From IMG/VR virus record IMGVR_UViG_3300032303_002855, positions 1 through 26,267 of that record: a DNA stretch of 26,267 nt; one strand, given 5' to 3'. A program made the position numbers and the translations under genes. The notes beneath the pieces are model-generated. The model was given only the letters and a program-made list of their open reading frames with translations. It was not told the DNA's origin and made no database searches. Each line of letters starts with the position of its first letter. Position 1 is the first letter of the stretch. Origin of the DNA: a virus (taxonomy: Duplodnaviria; Caudoviricetes). Positions 7,631 to 16,508 of the stretch are shown here, piece by piece.

Positions 7631-9528
7631 TGCCTCAGTTTCCTAATCCCAATAATTCCACAGGTACTTGGACTCTAGAAAAGCAACGTAATGCTGTTAT
7701 GAGTTCTAATTGGGGTTCGCCTTTAATTGCCACAACAAGTGTTGTTCCGTATATGATTGATGTATTTGGAACTAAATACTGGGTCTATCGATTCGTTGTT
7801 GATAGTAATACAACTAGCAAAACTTTTACAATTGACATCTCATCCGGAACATCTATTGCTGAATTTTTAGTAGTAGCGGGTGGTGGTTCAGGTGCTGGTT
7901 ACGTAGGCGGCGGAGGCGGTGGTGGAGGATTTATTGAAGGTTCTTTTACACTAAGCTCTGGCTCATACACCATAGTTGTTGGTGGCGGTTCTGGACCTGG
8001 GCTAACATCGGGTAATGCTCGTGGTCCAGCAGGCCAGAACTCTTCAATCACTGGTCCAAATATTTCGATAACAGCTTACGGTGGTGGAGCTGGAGGTAAT
8101 CATGATTCAAATGCCGGAGGGGCTGGTGGCTCTGGAGGAGGTGCAGCTTCAACCAATGGTGCTTCAGTTTCTGGAGGTGCTGTTACGGCAGGAGCTTTTT
8201 CTGGATCAGCAATTATATCTGCTGCGTCATATGGTTTTAGAGGCGGTAACACCACAGGCCCAAGAGGCGGTAACGACTGTGAAGGTGCAGGCGGCGGCGG
8301 TGCAGGCGGTCAAGGTTTTGACCATTTATGTACAAATACAGGACCTGGTGGACCTGGTCGTTTTTCTAAAATCTCAGGCAGATCATTTTTATATGCTGCA
8401 GGAGGTGGAGGTGGTAGCTATTATCCAAATGATTCTGGTGATGTTGTAGGTGGTGGAGCTGGCGGTCTCGGAGGCGGAGGCGGAGGCGGTGCTCACGGCA
8501 ATGGTAACCAAGGTGCTGGAGGAACTGGTGGTGAATCTAACGGTTCTGCAGCAACTGCGGGTGGACAAGCTCCTGGTGGTCAAGGTGGACAGAACACAGG
8601 CAGTGGTGGAGGATCAACTGGTCATAATGAAGCTTCTGGAGGTGGTGGTTCAGGAATTGTCTACATCAGATACCCTGCAAATAACGCCCCAATCAATGTT
8701 GAGTATATTGTTGTAGCAGGAGGCGGAGGTGGCGGATCAGGTGCCACAAGCGCAAATAACGGTGGTGGGGGAGGAGCAGGAGGATATCGTTCTTCTGTCA
8801 TTGGAGAATCCACTGGAGGACTTAGTTCAGTAGAGAGTCCATTATCAATAGTTCGTGGTATCCCATATACTGTCACAGTTGGTGGCGGTGGTTCTGCAAA
8901 CAACTCTGGTTCCAATTCTGTTTTTGGTCCAATAACTTCAACTGGAGGAGGTCGTGGGGGAGGCTTAAACGCTCCCGTAGCTCCACTATCTGGTGGTTCT
9001 GGCGGTGGCGGTGGACCAGCAGGTTCTGCGACTAATCTTCATCTAGGAGCAGCAGGTCTTTACTCTCAAGGATACTCTGGCGGAAATGGCAACGCTGCAT
9101 CACCTTACCGTGGTGGTGGCGGAGGAGGAGCTGGAGCTGCCGGAAATGCTGGTGTAACTAATGGAAACGGAGGTGCGGGTATTTCATCGTCTATTACCGG
9201 AAGTGCTGTAACTCGTGCTGGAGGTGGTGCAGGAGCTGGTGACGATGGAAATGGAACTGGCGGTTCTGGTGGTGGAGGAAACGGTGGTAACCTTAACGGC
9301 ACATTAGCAGTAGCAGGAACACCAAACACAGGCGGCGGTGGTGGTGGTGGGGTTTCTCAAGGAGCAACTATTGTAGCTGCATCAGGCGGTTCTGGTGTTG
9401 TAATCTTAAAATACCCTTCTTATTATAGTATTAGTATTGGAGCAGGCTTAACATCAACCACATCGCCTATTGGTTCTAATAAGGTAACTATATTCACTGC
9501 TGGCACTGGAAATATAACATGGCTTTAA
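7630..9528 (+). CDS. Glycine-rich adhesin/fibre protein with two tandem glycine-rich domains
   Basis: Two copies of E(F/Y)(L/I)VVAGGG..GGGGG.GG...YT(I/V).VGGG...NTG.GGG...GGSG(I/V)V...YP. Confidence 0.8.
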   Translation: MPQFPNPNNSTGTWTLEKQRNAVMSSNWGSPLIATTSVVPYMIDVFGTKYWVYRFVVDSNTTSKTFTIDISSGTSIAEFLVVAGGGSGAGYVGGGGGGGGFIEGSFTLSSGSYTIVVGGGSGPGLTSGNARGPAGQNSSITGPNISITAYGGGAGGNHDSNAGGAGGSGGGAASTNGASVSGGAVTAGAFSGSAIISAASYGFRGGNTTGPRGGNDCEGAGGGGAGGQGFDHLCTNTGPGGPGRFSKISGRSFLYAAGGGGGSYYPNDSGDVVGGGAGGLGGGGGGGAHGNGNQGAGGTGGESNGSAATAGGQAPGGQGGQNTGSGGGSTGHNEASGGGGSGIVYIRYPANNAPINVEYIVVAGGGGGGSGATSANNGGGGGAGGYRSSVIGESTGGLSSVESPLSIVRGIPYTVTVGGGGSANNSGSNSVFGPITSTGGGRGGGLNAPVAPLSGGSGGGGGPAGSATNLHLGAAGLYSQGYSGGNGNAASPYRGGGGGGAGAAGNAGVTNGNGGAGISSSITGSAVTRAGGGAGAGDDGNGTGGSGGGGNGGNLNGTLAVAGTPNTGGGGGGGVSQGATIVAASGGSGVVILKYPSYYSISIGAGLTSTTSPIGSNKVTIFTAGTGNITWL

Positions 9529-9538
9529 GGAGTAAATA

Positions 9539-10618
9539 ATGGCACAATTTCCAAACACATCTAGCGCAAGTGGCAAGTGGTCACTTCGTCAGCAATATAA
9601 GTCAATCCTTGGTTATAACTGGACAACACTTCCTCCTGCTACTGTCGAAATCCTCGTTGTAGGTGGAGGTGGAGGAGCTGGCTTTGACATGGGAGGCGGT
9701 GGAGGCGGTGGAGGCGTATCTTCTGGTACGATGCTGGTTCAGCCAGGAAGCTACACCCTAACAATAGGTGCTGGCGGTCTTGGAAACGGTTCAGGAATTA
9801 ATGGCAACCCTGCTACTCATCAATTTACAAGTGGAAGCGTAAATGGCTCAGACACTTCTGTTACATCTCCTTCTTACGAAAGCATCATTTCAAAAGGTGG
9901 AGGTTTTGGTGGAAGTTCTTATTGGGACTATACTCCCGGAGCTGCTGGAAATGCTGGAGCAAATGGTGGTGGAGCTTCTGGATACAGTAACGGAACAGGT
10001 CCAGGTGGTCGCCTAGGTGGTGCATCAACTCAACACACTCTAGGAATGCTAGACGGACTTCTAACTGTTACATCTGGGGGATTCGGATATGTCGGTGGCT
10101 ATGGAGGAGGACAGTATTATCCCGCAGGAGGCGCTGGTGCAGGAGCCGATGGAACTAATTCACCTAATACTCCTCATGGCGGTATTGGATTACTAAACGC
10201 TATTACAGGTGTCTCTTACTACTGGGGAGGTGGAGGTGGAGGATCTTCCTACAGTTCTGGTCCAGGAGGTAATGGAGGCAACGGCGGTGGCGGTGGCGGT
10301 GCTGTTGGATCAACCACAGGAGGTGCTGGAATAAACAGTGGTTCTGCTGGTGGTGGAGGAGTCAATAATTCTCAAACAAATACTCCTGGTGGAAACGGTG
10401 GAGCAAACACAGGTGGAGGAGGCGGTGGAGGTTCACATTATAGCACTGGATCCAAAGGTGGCAATGGCGGTTCTGGTATAATAGTGATTGCTTATCCAAC
10501 AACAAGTGCAGCGATTACAACAATAAGTGCAGGACTCACTTGGTCAGTAAGCACGGTCACAAGGTCTGGATATAGGGTTTACCTCTTTACTTCTGGCACT
10601 GGAACAATAACTTTTTAA
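9539..10618 (+). CDS. Glycine-rich adhesin/fibre protein, single glycine-rich domain
   Basis: AGGAG RBS. VEILVVGGGGG...ANTGGGGGG...GGSGIIVIAYP...YLFTSGTGTITF. Paralog of 7630. Confidence 0.8.
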   Translation: MAQFPNTSSASGKWSLRQQYKSILGYNWTTLPPATVEILVVGGGGGAGFDMGGGGGGGGVSSGTMLVQPGSYTLTIGAGGLGNGSGINGNPATHQFTSGSVNGSDTSVTSPSYESIISKGGGFGGSSYWDYTPGAAGNAGANGGGASGYSNGTGPGGRLGGASTQHTLGMLDGLLTVTSGGFGYVGGYGGGQYYPAGGAGAGADGTNSPNTPHGGIGLLNAITGVSYYWGGGGGGSSYSSGPGGNGGNGGGGGGAVGSTTGGAGINSGSAGGGGVNNSQTNTPGGNGGANTGGGGGGGSHYSTGSKGGNGGSGIIVIAYPTTSAAITTISAGLTWSVSTVTRSGYRVYLFTSGTGTITF

Positions 10619-10627
10619 GGAGATACA

Positions 10628-10993
10628 ATGGCACACTATGCATTTTTAGATGAAAATAATATAGTTACTGAAGTAATAACAGGTAGAGACGAAGATGAGG
10701 TAGTATACGGCATTTCCGATTGGGAAGCATACTACGGTGAGTTTCGTGGACAGAGATGTGTAAGAACATCTTATAATAATAATATTCGTAAACAATATGC
10801 AGGTGTTGGATATACTTACGATGAATTAGCTGACGTTTTTATTTCACCTACTCCTTTTCCATCTTGGGTTTTAGATGAAAATCACAACTGGCAAGCCCCT
10901 ACCCCAAGACCATACGACGGAAAAATGTATACTTGGGATGAAGAAGAACTTCTATGGGTAGAAATAAATTCACCAATACCATCAGTAGAATAA
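10628..10993 (+). CDS. Conserved phage protein following glycine-rich fibres (possible fibre assembly chaperone)
   Basis: AGGAG RBS. MAHYAFLDENNIVTEVI...RTSYNNNIRKQYAGVGYTYD...PFPSWVLDE..WQAPTP..YTWDEE...W. The chaperone role is inference. Confidence 0.65.
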   Translation: MAHYAFLDENNIVTEVITGRDEDEVVYGISDWEAYYGEFRGQRCVRTSYNNNIRKQYAGVGYTYDELADVFISPTPFPSWVLDENHNWQAPTPRPYDGKMYTWDEEELLWVEINSPIPSVE

Positions 10994-11041
10994 TAATATA
11001 TAATCAACTTTTTAGAAAAAACACTATCACAAATATAACAT

Positions 11042-11048
11042 TACTATA
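11042..11048 (+). promoter_or_regulatory. TACTATA motif, putative late promoter
   Basis: Intergenic, 38 nt before ATG 11080. Confidence 0.55.
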
Positions 11049-11079
11049 TGGTTATTGATTTTGTAAAAAAGGAACTTAA

Positions 11080-12108
11080 ATGACAGTTTTAAAACAATAC
11101 AATACAGGCACTTCGCAATGGGAAGCAATTGCGATAGGTTCACCGGGTCCTACGGGGCCAACTGGTCCTACGGGGCCGACTGGACCTTCTGGCCCAACTG
11201 GACCCTCTGGGAGCATAGGCACTGTAACGCTTGATGACCTATCTGATGCTGTTATCACAAGTCCCGCAACTGCTCAAATATTAAGATATAACGGAACCAA
11301 TTGGGTTAACTACGCTTCGACTATTACTCTTGGTGGAAACTTTACTACCTCAGGTGCGTATACAACATCTTTGACTGCAACAGCAAATACAGCCATAACA
11401 CTTCCAACTACAGGAACATTGGCAACTCTTGCTGGAACAGAAACATTTACCAACAAAACATGGCAAGGGACTTTGATTGGTGCGACCTACGGTGGTACAG
11501 GAGTAAATAACGGTGCTAATACTATTACTCTTGGTGGAAACTTTACAACATCTGGAGCATTCACTACTACCCTTACGGTAGGTGCTAATACCAACGTAAC
11601 TCTTCCAACTTCAGGTACACTTGCTACACTTGCAGGAACAGAAACTTTTACTAATAAAACTTTTACTAGCCCAGTAACCAATACTCCTACTCTAACACTC
11701 TCAACCACATCATCTACAACAGATGCTAGGCTTTCTTGGGATAGTACAAATAAGAAACTACAAGTTGGCAATGGAACAATATCATTAGATTTTGCTTCTT
11801 CTAATGTCATTACTAATGCTCAAGCAGCTAGTTATACACTGGTTTTGGCCGATAAAGATAAACTTGTAGAGGTAAGTAATGCTTCAGCTAATACCCTAAC
11901 TGTTCCATTGAATGCTACTGTTGCTTTTCCAGTTGGAACTCAAATTACAATACTTCAAACAGGCGCAGGAGCAACTACAATCACTGCAACTGGTGGCGTT
12001 ACGATAAATGCTACCCCTGGTTTGATATTAAGAGCACAGTGGTCTTCTGTTACGTTAATAAAAAGAGCTACTGATACTTGGGTTGCACTTGGAGACTTGA
12101 AAGCTTAA
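11080..12108 (+). CDS. Collagen-like fibre protein
   Basis: Nine Gly-X-Y triplets (11137-11217, mostly GPT). TITLGGNFTTSGA..TLPT.GTLATLAGTETFTNKT occurs twice (201 bp apart). C-terminal SYTLVLAD..TVP....FPVGTQI.I.Q.GAG..LRAQWS..LIKRATDTWVALGDL domain. Confidence 0.8.
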   Translation: MTVLKQYNTGTSQWEAIAIGSPGPTGPTGPTGPTGPSGPTGPSGSIGTVTLDDLSDAVITSPATAQILRYNGTNWVNYASTITLGGNFTTSGAYTTSLTATANTAITLPTTGTLATLAGTETFTNKTWQGTLIGATYGGTGVNNGANTITLGGNFTTSGAFTTTLTVGANTNVTLPTSGTLATLAGTETFTNKTFTSPVTNTPTLTLSTTSSTTDARLSWDSTNKKLQVGNGTISLDFASSNVITNAQAASYTLVLADKDKLVEVSNASANTLTVPLNATVAFPVGTQITILQTGAGATTITATGGVTINATPGLILRAQWSSVTLIKRATDTWVALGDLKA

Positions 12109-12647
12109 TCTTTCTTAATGCACCAAAAGTTAGTAGAGCACCAACGGTATCCGCTCTTAATCTCCTTGACTTGATGTGGGAAACCATCTTTAGCTGGAAA
12201 GCATATAAACATTCCAGGTTCTGGTTTGATAAGTAAATCTTGTTCAGGAAAATAGATTTCTCCACCTTCATAATTGTCATTGTAATAAAGTACAGAGCTA
12301 AGGTCTCTTGATGGGTATCCTGCTCCAGTTTTTAAGCCAACACTTTCATTTTGAGCAGATCCGTGATCCAAATGAACTGGCATTGAATCTCCAGTTGTCA
12401 TCTCCACAACACTACTTACTCCCTCATCATAAACCTTGCAATCAAATGAAGTTTCCATAATATCTTTCAACACATTATAGTACTTGCCCAATAGCTCAGG
12501 AAGAACAGGGCTGCCATTCCCAGCATAAACACCATATGGTGAATAGCCAGATTCGTCAATTGTAACTGTAGTATTTTTTAGATAGAATATAATTTGTTCT
12601 AAATCTTGTTTATCTATAATATTTTTAATAACATGAATCTTATCCAT
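12105..12647 (-). CDS. 2OG-Fe(II) dioxygenase, prolyl-hydroxylase-like (no. 1)
   Basis: HLD...DLSSVLYYNDNYEGGEIYFP...FPHQVKEIKSGYRW: HxD...H triad plus 2OG-binding Arg. Confidence 0.9.
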   Translation of the reverse strand: MDKIHVIKNIIDKQDLEQIIFYLKNTTVTIDESGYSPYGVYAGNGSPVLPELLGKYYNVLKDIMETSFDCKVYDEGVSSVVEMTTGDSMPVHLDHGSAQNESVGLKTGAGYPSRDLSSVLYYNDNYEGGEIYFPEQDLLIKPEPGMFICFPAKDGFPHQVKEIKSGYRWCSTNFWCIKKD

Positions 12648-12648
12648 T

Positions 12649-13269
12649 TTATCTCAATTCTGTAATTGTATAAAAAGACGGAGTAGTATATCTTTCTCCA
12701 GAAATAATTGGCTTTACCCCATGAAGGTAGTTTATGTCTCCTGGATGAGCTACCGCTAAACCTGGTTGAGGTTTAACTATTAGATCGTGGTCTGGATAAT
12801 ACAACTCCCCACCCTCAAAATCGTCGTTATAATAAATTAAAGAATTTATATCATATGTTGGGAATGGATTAGGTCTTCCATCATTCATCTGCTTATCAGC
12901 ATGAGGCCTCTGTTCCATCCCTGGACGCCATTTTATTATCACCGGTGGTCTTGTTGACAATGCTACTTTGAAAGAATCTTCTAAGCATTTTCTCATTTTT
13001 TGAATATATTTTTCTATAATATTATAGATATCAATATTTATTCTTTGAAGTATATCCCAACTACATTGTCTATTCGCCCAGTAAGAAGCGTCATATACGC
13101 AAGTACCATCGTCGGCATACTGATTCTCGCCTGCGTCCATCCATTGTGAAATTGTAGGTAAAAACTTTTGTATAACTTTAAGATCTTCTAGGTCAACAAA
13201 ATTTTTGTATAATTTTATGTTATCAATATCCTTGCCAAAGTGTCCTGGCTGTATTAGGGATTTGTCCAT
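12649..13269 (-). CDS. 2OG-Fe(II) dioxygenase, prolyl-hydroxylase-like (no. 2)
   Basis: GGAG RBS. HAD...INSLIYYNDDFEGGELYYP...YLHGVKPIISGERYT. Confidence 0.9.
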   Translation of the reverse strand: MDKSLIQPGHFGKDIDNIKLYKNFVDLEDLKVIQKFLPTISQWMDAGENQYADDGTCVYDASYWANRQCSWDILQRINIDIYNIIEKYIQKMRKCLEDSFKVALSTRPPVIIKWRPGMEQRPHADKQMNDGRPNPFPTYDINSLIYYNDDFEGGELYYPDHDLIVKPQPGLAVAHPGDINYLHGVKPIISGERYTTPSFYTITELR

Positions 13270-13304
13270 TTTGCGGCTCCAACCTGGTTTGATTTACTTT
13301 GCAC

Positions 13305-13323
13305 TATGTGATATATTATAGCA
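13305..13323. promoter_or_regulatory. Overlapping divergent extended -10 promoters (host sigma70/sigmaA type)
   Basis: Minus strand TGCTATAAT (13323-13315) faces the 13269 gene. Plus strand TGTGATATATT (13307-13317) faces the 13354 gene. Confidence 0.6.
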
Positions 13324-13353
13324 GAACTAAAAGTCAAGTACACTAAGGAAAAA

Positions 13354-14037
13354 ATGGAAATTTATAACGTAGAAGATCCTAAGTTTGGAATCATCTTGTA
13401 TAGAGACGTAATGTCAGATGAGCTAAATATTATTGGTAGACTAGAGGAAACCCTTAAGGATAGTGACCATGAATATTTTAAATGGAATGTTGCTACCGTT
13501 GGGTACAACACACCTATGCCCGATTATAGAGATTGCGTTGACCTTAAAGTAGGCCCAGCTCATTGGCCTCATCTTCCTGAAGAATTAAAAGAAATTAAAG
13601 ATATATACGATGATACAGACGCCATATTAAAAAAATGTCTAACAGATTATGAATCTAGATATAATTTTAAAATGGAATTTATGGAATCTATCAACTTTGT
13701 AAAATATGAAGTTGGACAACATTTCTCAGTTCACACCGATCATGGCTTTTCATACACCTGTACTCTTTCTTCTTTGGTATATCTAAACGATGACTATGAA
13801 GGCGGAGAGCTTTGGTTTCCGTATATTAACTTAAAGTTCAAACCGAAAAAGGGAGATGTACTGTTCTTTCCGTCAACGTATATATTTGCCCATGGAGCAA
13901 TGCCAGTTACTGAAGGAGTTAAGTACTCAGCAGTTACGATGTTTGACTACAAGGACAACAATAAAGCATATCAAGAGATAGTCAATGCCGGCGATAGTAT
14001 AAAAGAAGAATCTGGAGTTACGCTTAAAAAGCTTTAA
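13354..14037 (+). CDS. 2OG-Fe(II) dioxygenase, prolyl 4-hydroxylase-like with Lys as 2OG ligand (no. 3)
   Basis: FVKYEVGQHFSVHTD...LSSLVYLNDDYEGGELWFP...FAHGAMPVTEGVKYS. Confidence 0.9.
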   Translation: MEIYNVEDPKFGIILYRDVMSDELNIIGRLEETLKDSDHEYFKWNVATVGYNTPMPDYRDCVDLKVGPAHWPHLPEELKEIKDIYDDTDAILKKCLTDYESRYNFKMEFMESINFVKYEVGQHFSVHTDHGFSYTCTLSSLVYLNDDYEGGELWFPYINLKFKPKKGDVLFFPSTYIFAHGAMPVTEGVKYSAVTMFDYKDNNKAYQEIVNAGDSIKEESGVTLKKL

Positions 14038-14038
14038 G

Positions 14039-14740
14039 ATGACTAAAATAACTTTAACTAGAACTCATCAAAACCCTCCAGACATAAAACAGTCCAGACT
14101 TAAGAGAGACTGGATGGATGAAACGTATAAAAAGCACGCTTATAAATGTTTGCCAATGACTGCAGCAAATGTTAATGGTTGGGAATTAGTTCTACAGCAA
14201 GATGTAGTAGTCCAATGGGATGGGGGAAATACTGTTCCTAAAATCTTGGAAGGGGAATTCTTAAACCAAAGACCAGTTGTAATACCTTCTATAATAGGCA
14301 TAGTGTCTTTTGCTACAGGATGGGCAATTAACACCGAAGAGGGCTACGATACTTGGGTCAGTGGATCTCCTAACTATTTTGTGGACGGAGCTGTCCCACT
14401 TTCTGCTACAATACCTAGCTCTTGGTGGCCTGATGAATTTAATATGAATTGGAAGATAACCAAAATTGGTGAACCAGTTACTTTTAAAGCTGGTATGCCT
14501 TTTATGTTTTTTAATATATACGAAAATAACACGTTGAATAATGTTGAGTTTTTGGTAGAAAATATATGGGATAAGCCAGAGCTAATGGCTAAAAGACAGT
14601 CGTACGGAGATGCAAAAATGAAGAAATTACATGAACAACCATGGACTTGGATGAATGGAATTAGAAGCGGTTTAGATGAAAACGGGAATATAATAGGCCC
14701 AAAGCACGATGGTCTTTTAAACTTAATAGATCCAACCTGA
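14039..14740 (+). CDS. DUF6065-like protein
   Basis: RDWMD....HAYKCLPMTAANVNGWEL and GSPNYFVDG..PLSA.I...W.P..F.MNWKIT match my recollection of DUF6065. Not verified by search. Confidence 0.7.
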   Translation: MTKITLTRTHQNPPDIKQSRLKRDWMDETYKKHAYKCLPMTAANVNGWELVLQQDVVVQWDGGNTVPKILEGEFLNQRPVVIPSIIGIVSFATGWAINTEEGYDTWVSGSPNYFVDGAVPLSATIPSSWWPDEFNMNWKITKIGEPVTFKAGMPFMFFNIYENNTLNNVEFLVENIWDKPELMAKRQSYGDAKMKKLHEQPWTWMNGIRSGLDENGNIIGPKHDGLLNLIDPT

Positions 14741-14779
14741 GTGCCTAATACCTAGTGTTTAAATTTCAATTAAGTTAAG

Positions 14780-14786
14780 TACTATA
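14780..14786 (+). promoter_or_regulatory. TACTATA motif, putative late promoter
   Basis: Intergenic, 38 nt before ATG 14818. Confidence 0.5.
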
Positions 14787-14817
14787 TCAGTATAATTTTT
14801 CATGCAAAGGAAGAACA

Positions 14818-15075
14818 ATGCTCTTTAATAATGTAGATAAAAACACTAAAATAGAAATTATACAAGAAAACATTCCTAAATACGAAAAAAAAGTATATAC
14901 ACTTTTAGTAGAGTTAGGAATTGATCCAGATAACTTTAATAATGAATTATTTGAAGTAAATGACTCATCAGTTGATTCAGGAGATTTGGCCCTCATAGAT
15001 ATGCGTCAAAATTTGAAAAAAGCTCTTGACGCATTAGAAATTTTAAATAATCAAATTTTATCATTAGAAGAATAA
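14818..15075 (+). CDS. Small acidic helical protein (LGIDP paralog A)
   Basis: 85 aa, AAGGA RBS, ELGIDPDNFNNELF. Similar to the next ORF. Confidence 0.7.
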   Translation: MLFNNVDKNTKIEIIQENIPKYEKKVYTLLVELGIDPDNFNNELFEVNDSSVDSGDLALIDMRQNLKKALDALEILNNQILSLEE

Positions 15076-15078
15076 TAT

Positions 15079-15300
15079 ATGCAATTTAGTCTATCTTCTG
15101 AAGAAAAAAAAGAAGCATACCAGTTGGTAAAAGCAGAACTTGAAAAAGCATTAATCTTGAGGCTGTCGGTTTTGGGTATTGATCCAGAAGAATTCGACGA
15201 AGACAGCTTTACGCCTGCTGAAAACAGCACAGCTCAAAAAGATATCTATGATATAATTTGCAAGATAAAAGACATAGATAATAAAATATCTTCACTATAA
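15079..15300 (+). CDS. Small acidic helical protein (LGIDP paralog B)
   Basis: 73 aa, VLGIDPEEFDEDSF, C-terminal NKISSL versus NQILSL in paralog A. Confidence 0.7.
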   Translation: MQFSLSSEEKKEAYQLVKAELEKALILRLSVLGIDPEEFDEDSFTPAENSTAQKDIYDIICKIKDIDNKISSL

Positions 15301-15311
15301 TTGGAGAACAG

Positions 15312-16490
15312 ATGCAGTATAAAGAACCTCAACAATATAATCCAGCAAACTATGCATGCTATGCCGTAACAAGCGTTAAAGAGGATTTTACTTTAAATAC
15401 AATTCATCCTAGTGGGCTACAAGAATATTTAGATTACGACATTTATGATATTGGCGATAAAACATTAATAGCTTTTATTAAAATTAGGTTTTATGCAACT
15501 GACTTTTTATATAGAGTTGTTTCAGAAAATTATACAGAAGATATACAATCTGAAAATTATGAATTCATTGAAGATGTATTAAATGATTCTTATGACAAAA
15601 ATAAAAATGCATTCTTCATAATGCAGTCTGTGTCAGATTATCAGCAAGCCCTAGGAGGAACCCCTCCGCCAGTCGATGATGCTAGAAGGTGCGACCTTGA
15701 AGATTATGCCGCAGTTGGATTTCTAGACACAAACAAAGAAGGTGCACCAGATGTTTGCGATAGAAGTCAGCTTGGTGGAGAAAACGTAGTAGGATGGACA
15801 GTGTTTCTATCTTCAATGTCAAATATTTATATAGTAAAAGTACAGTACTCAAACGAACTTGATGATAGGCATTATAAGGATTGGCCTATCCGTGTTAATT
15901 ATTGTAGAACTTTTTCTCACGCCGTAAAGATGGCATATGAATGGAATATCTTAAAGCAAGAACCCTGGAATGCTCAAGATAATATTGCAATTAGATGTAA
16001 TAATTCTTTTATTAATTGGTCTATACCACAAGATGCAATTGATGAATTAATAGATTCTCAACCTGATACTGTTTTATCTTTATACTTAAGTGGCGATCAA
16101 GACCCAAGAAGATCCATAGAAGAAAATTCATTAGTCCCAACAAAATTTAAAAATTGGTTTATGTCAAAAATAAGATATAGAACATTGGCTTCTTTAATCC
16201 AAAATTACCCACAAAATTTAAATATTCCATCTTCTATGTTGGAAAAAGAAAATATATTTTTTGAAACTGAAATATATAAATATTGCGTAGAAAATCAATT
16301 AGACATTAATACAATTACCCCTATTGGAATATTAGAGAATGCTTACTTTAGCAGCCCTAATTATAAAGAAACTAATAATAGCATTACTGATATAATAAAG
16401 AAAAATGTTCAATTGGAAGATAATGAATTAATTAAAGAATATGTTAAAAATTTACTAAAACCAGTTGATGTTCGTAATGAGAATAATTAA
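15312..16490 (+). CDS. Hypothetical protein (392 aa)
   Basis: Long ORF with GGAG RBS. No motif recognised. Confidence 0.75.
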   Translation: MQYKEPQQYNPANYACYAVTSVKEDFTLNTIHPSGLQEYLDYDIYDIGDKTLIAFIKIRFYATDFLYRVVSENYTEDIQSENYEFIEDVLNDSYDKNKNAFFIMQSVSDYQQALGGTPPPVDDARRCDLEDYAAVGFLDTNKEGAPDVCDRSQLGGENVVGWTVFLSSMSNIYIVKVQYSNELDDRHYKDWPIRVNYCRTFSHAVKMAYEWNILKQEPWNAQDNIAIRCNNSFINWSIPQDAIDELIDSQPDTVLSLYLSGDQDPRRSIEENSLVPTKFKNWFMSKIRYRTLASLIQNYPQNLNIPSSMLEKENIFFETEIYKYCVENQLDINTITPIGILENAYFSSPNYKETNNSITDIIKKNVQLEDNELIKEYVKNLLKPVDVRNENN

Positions 16491-16508
16491 TAATATTAAA
16501 ATAATTTT

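Noticed and set aside
8081-9329. Alternative-frame and antisense ORFs (including poly-Pro ones) within the glycine-rich gene
   Set aside because: By-products of GGN codon runs that lack stops in other frames. The same applies to the other short nested ORFs in the track.
6009-11217. GPT collagen repeats as classical collagen P4H substrates
   Set aside because: Pro is mostly in the X position (Gly-Pro-Thr), whereas animal collagen P4H modifies Y-position Pro. They are kept only as possible non-canonical substrates.
13315-13337. TTGACT as the -35 box for the minus-strand TATAAT
   Set aside because: The spacer is only 11 nt versus about 17 expected; only the extended -10 is retained.
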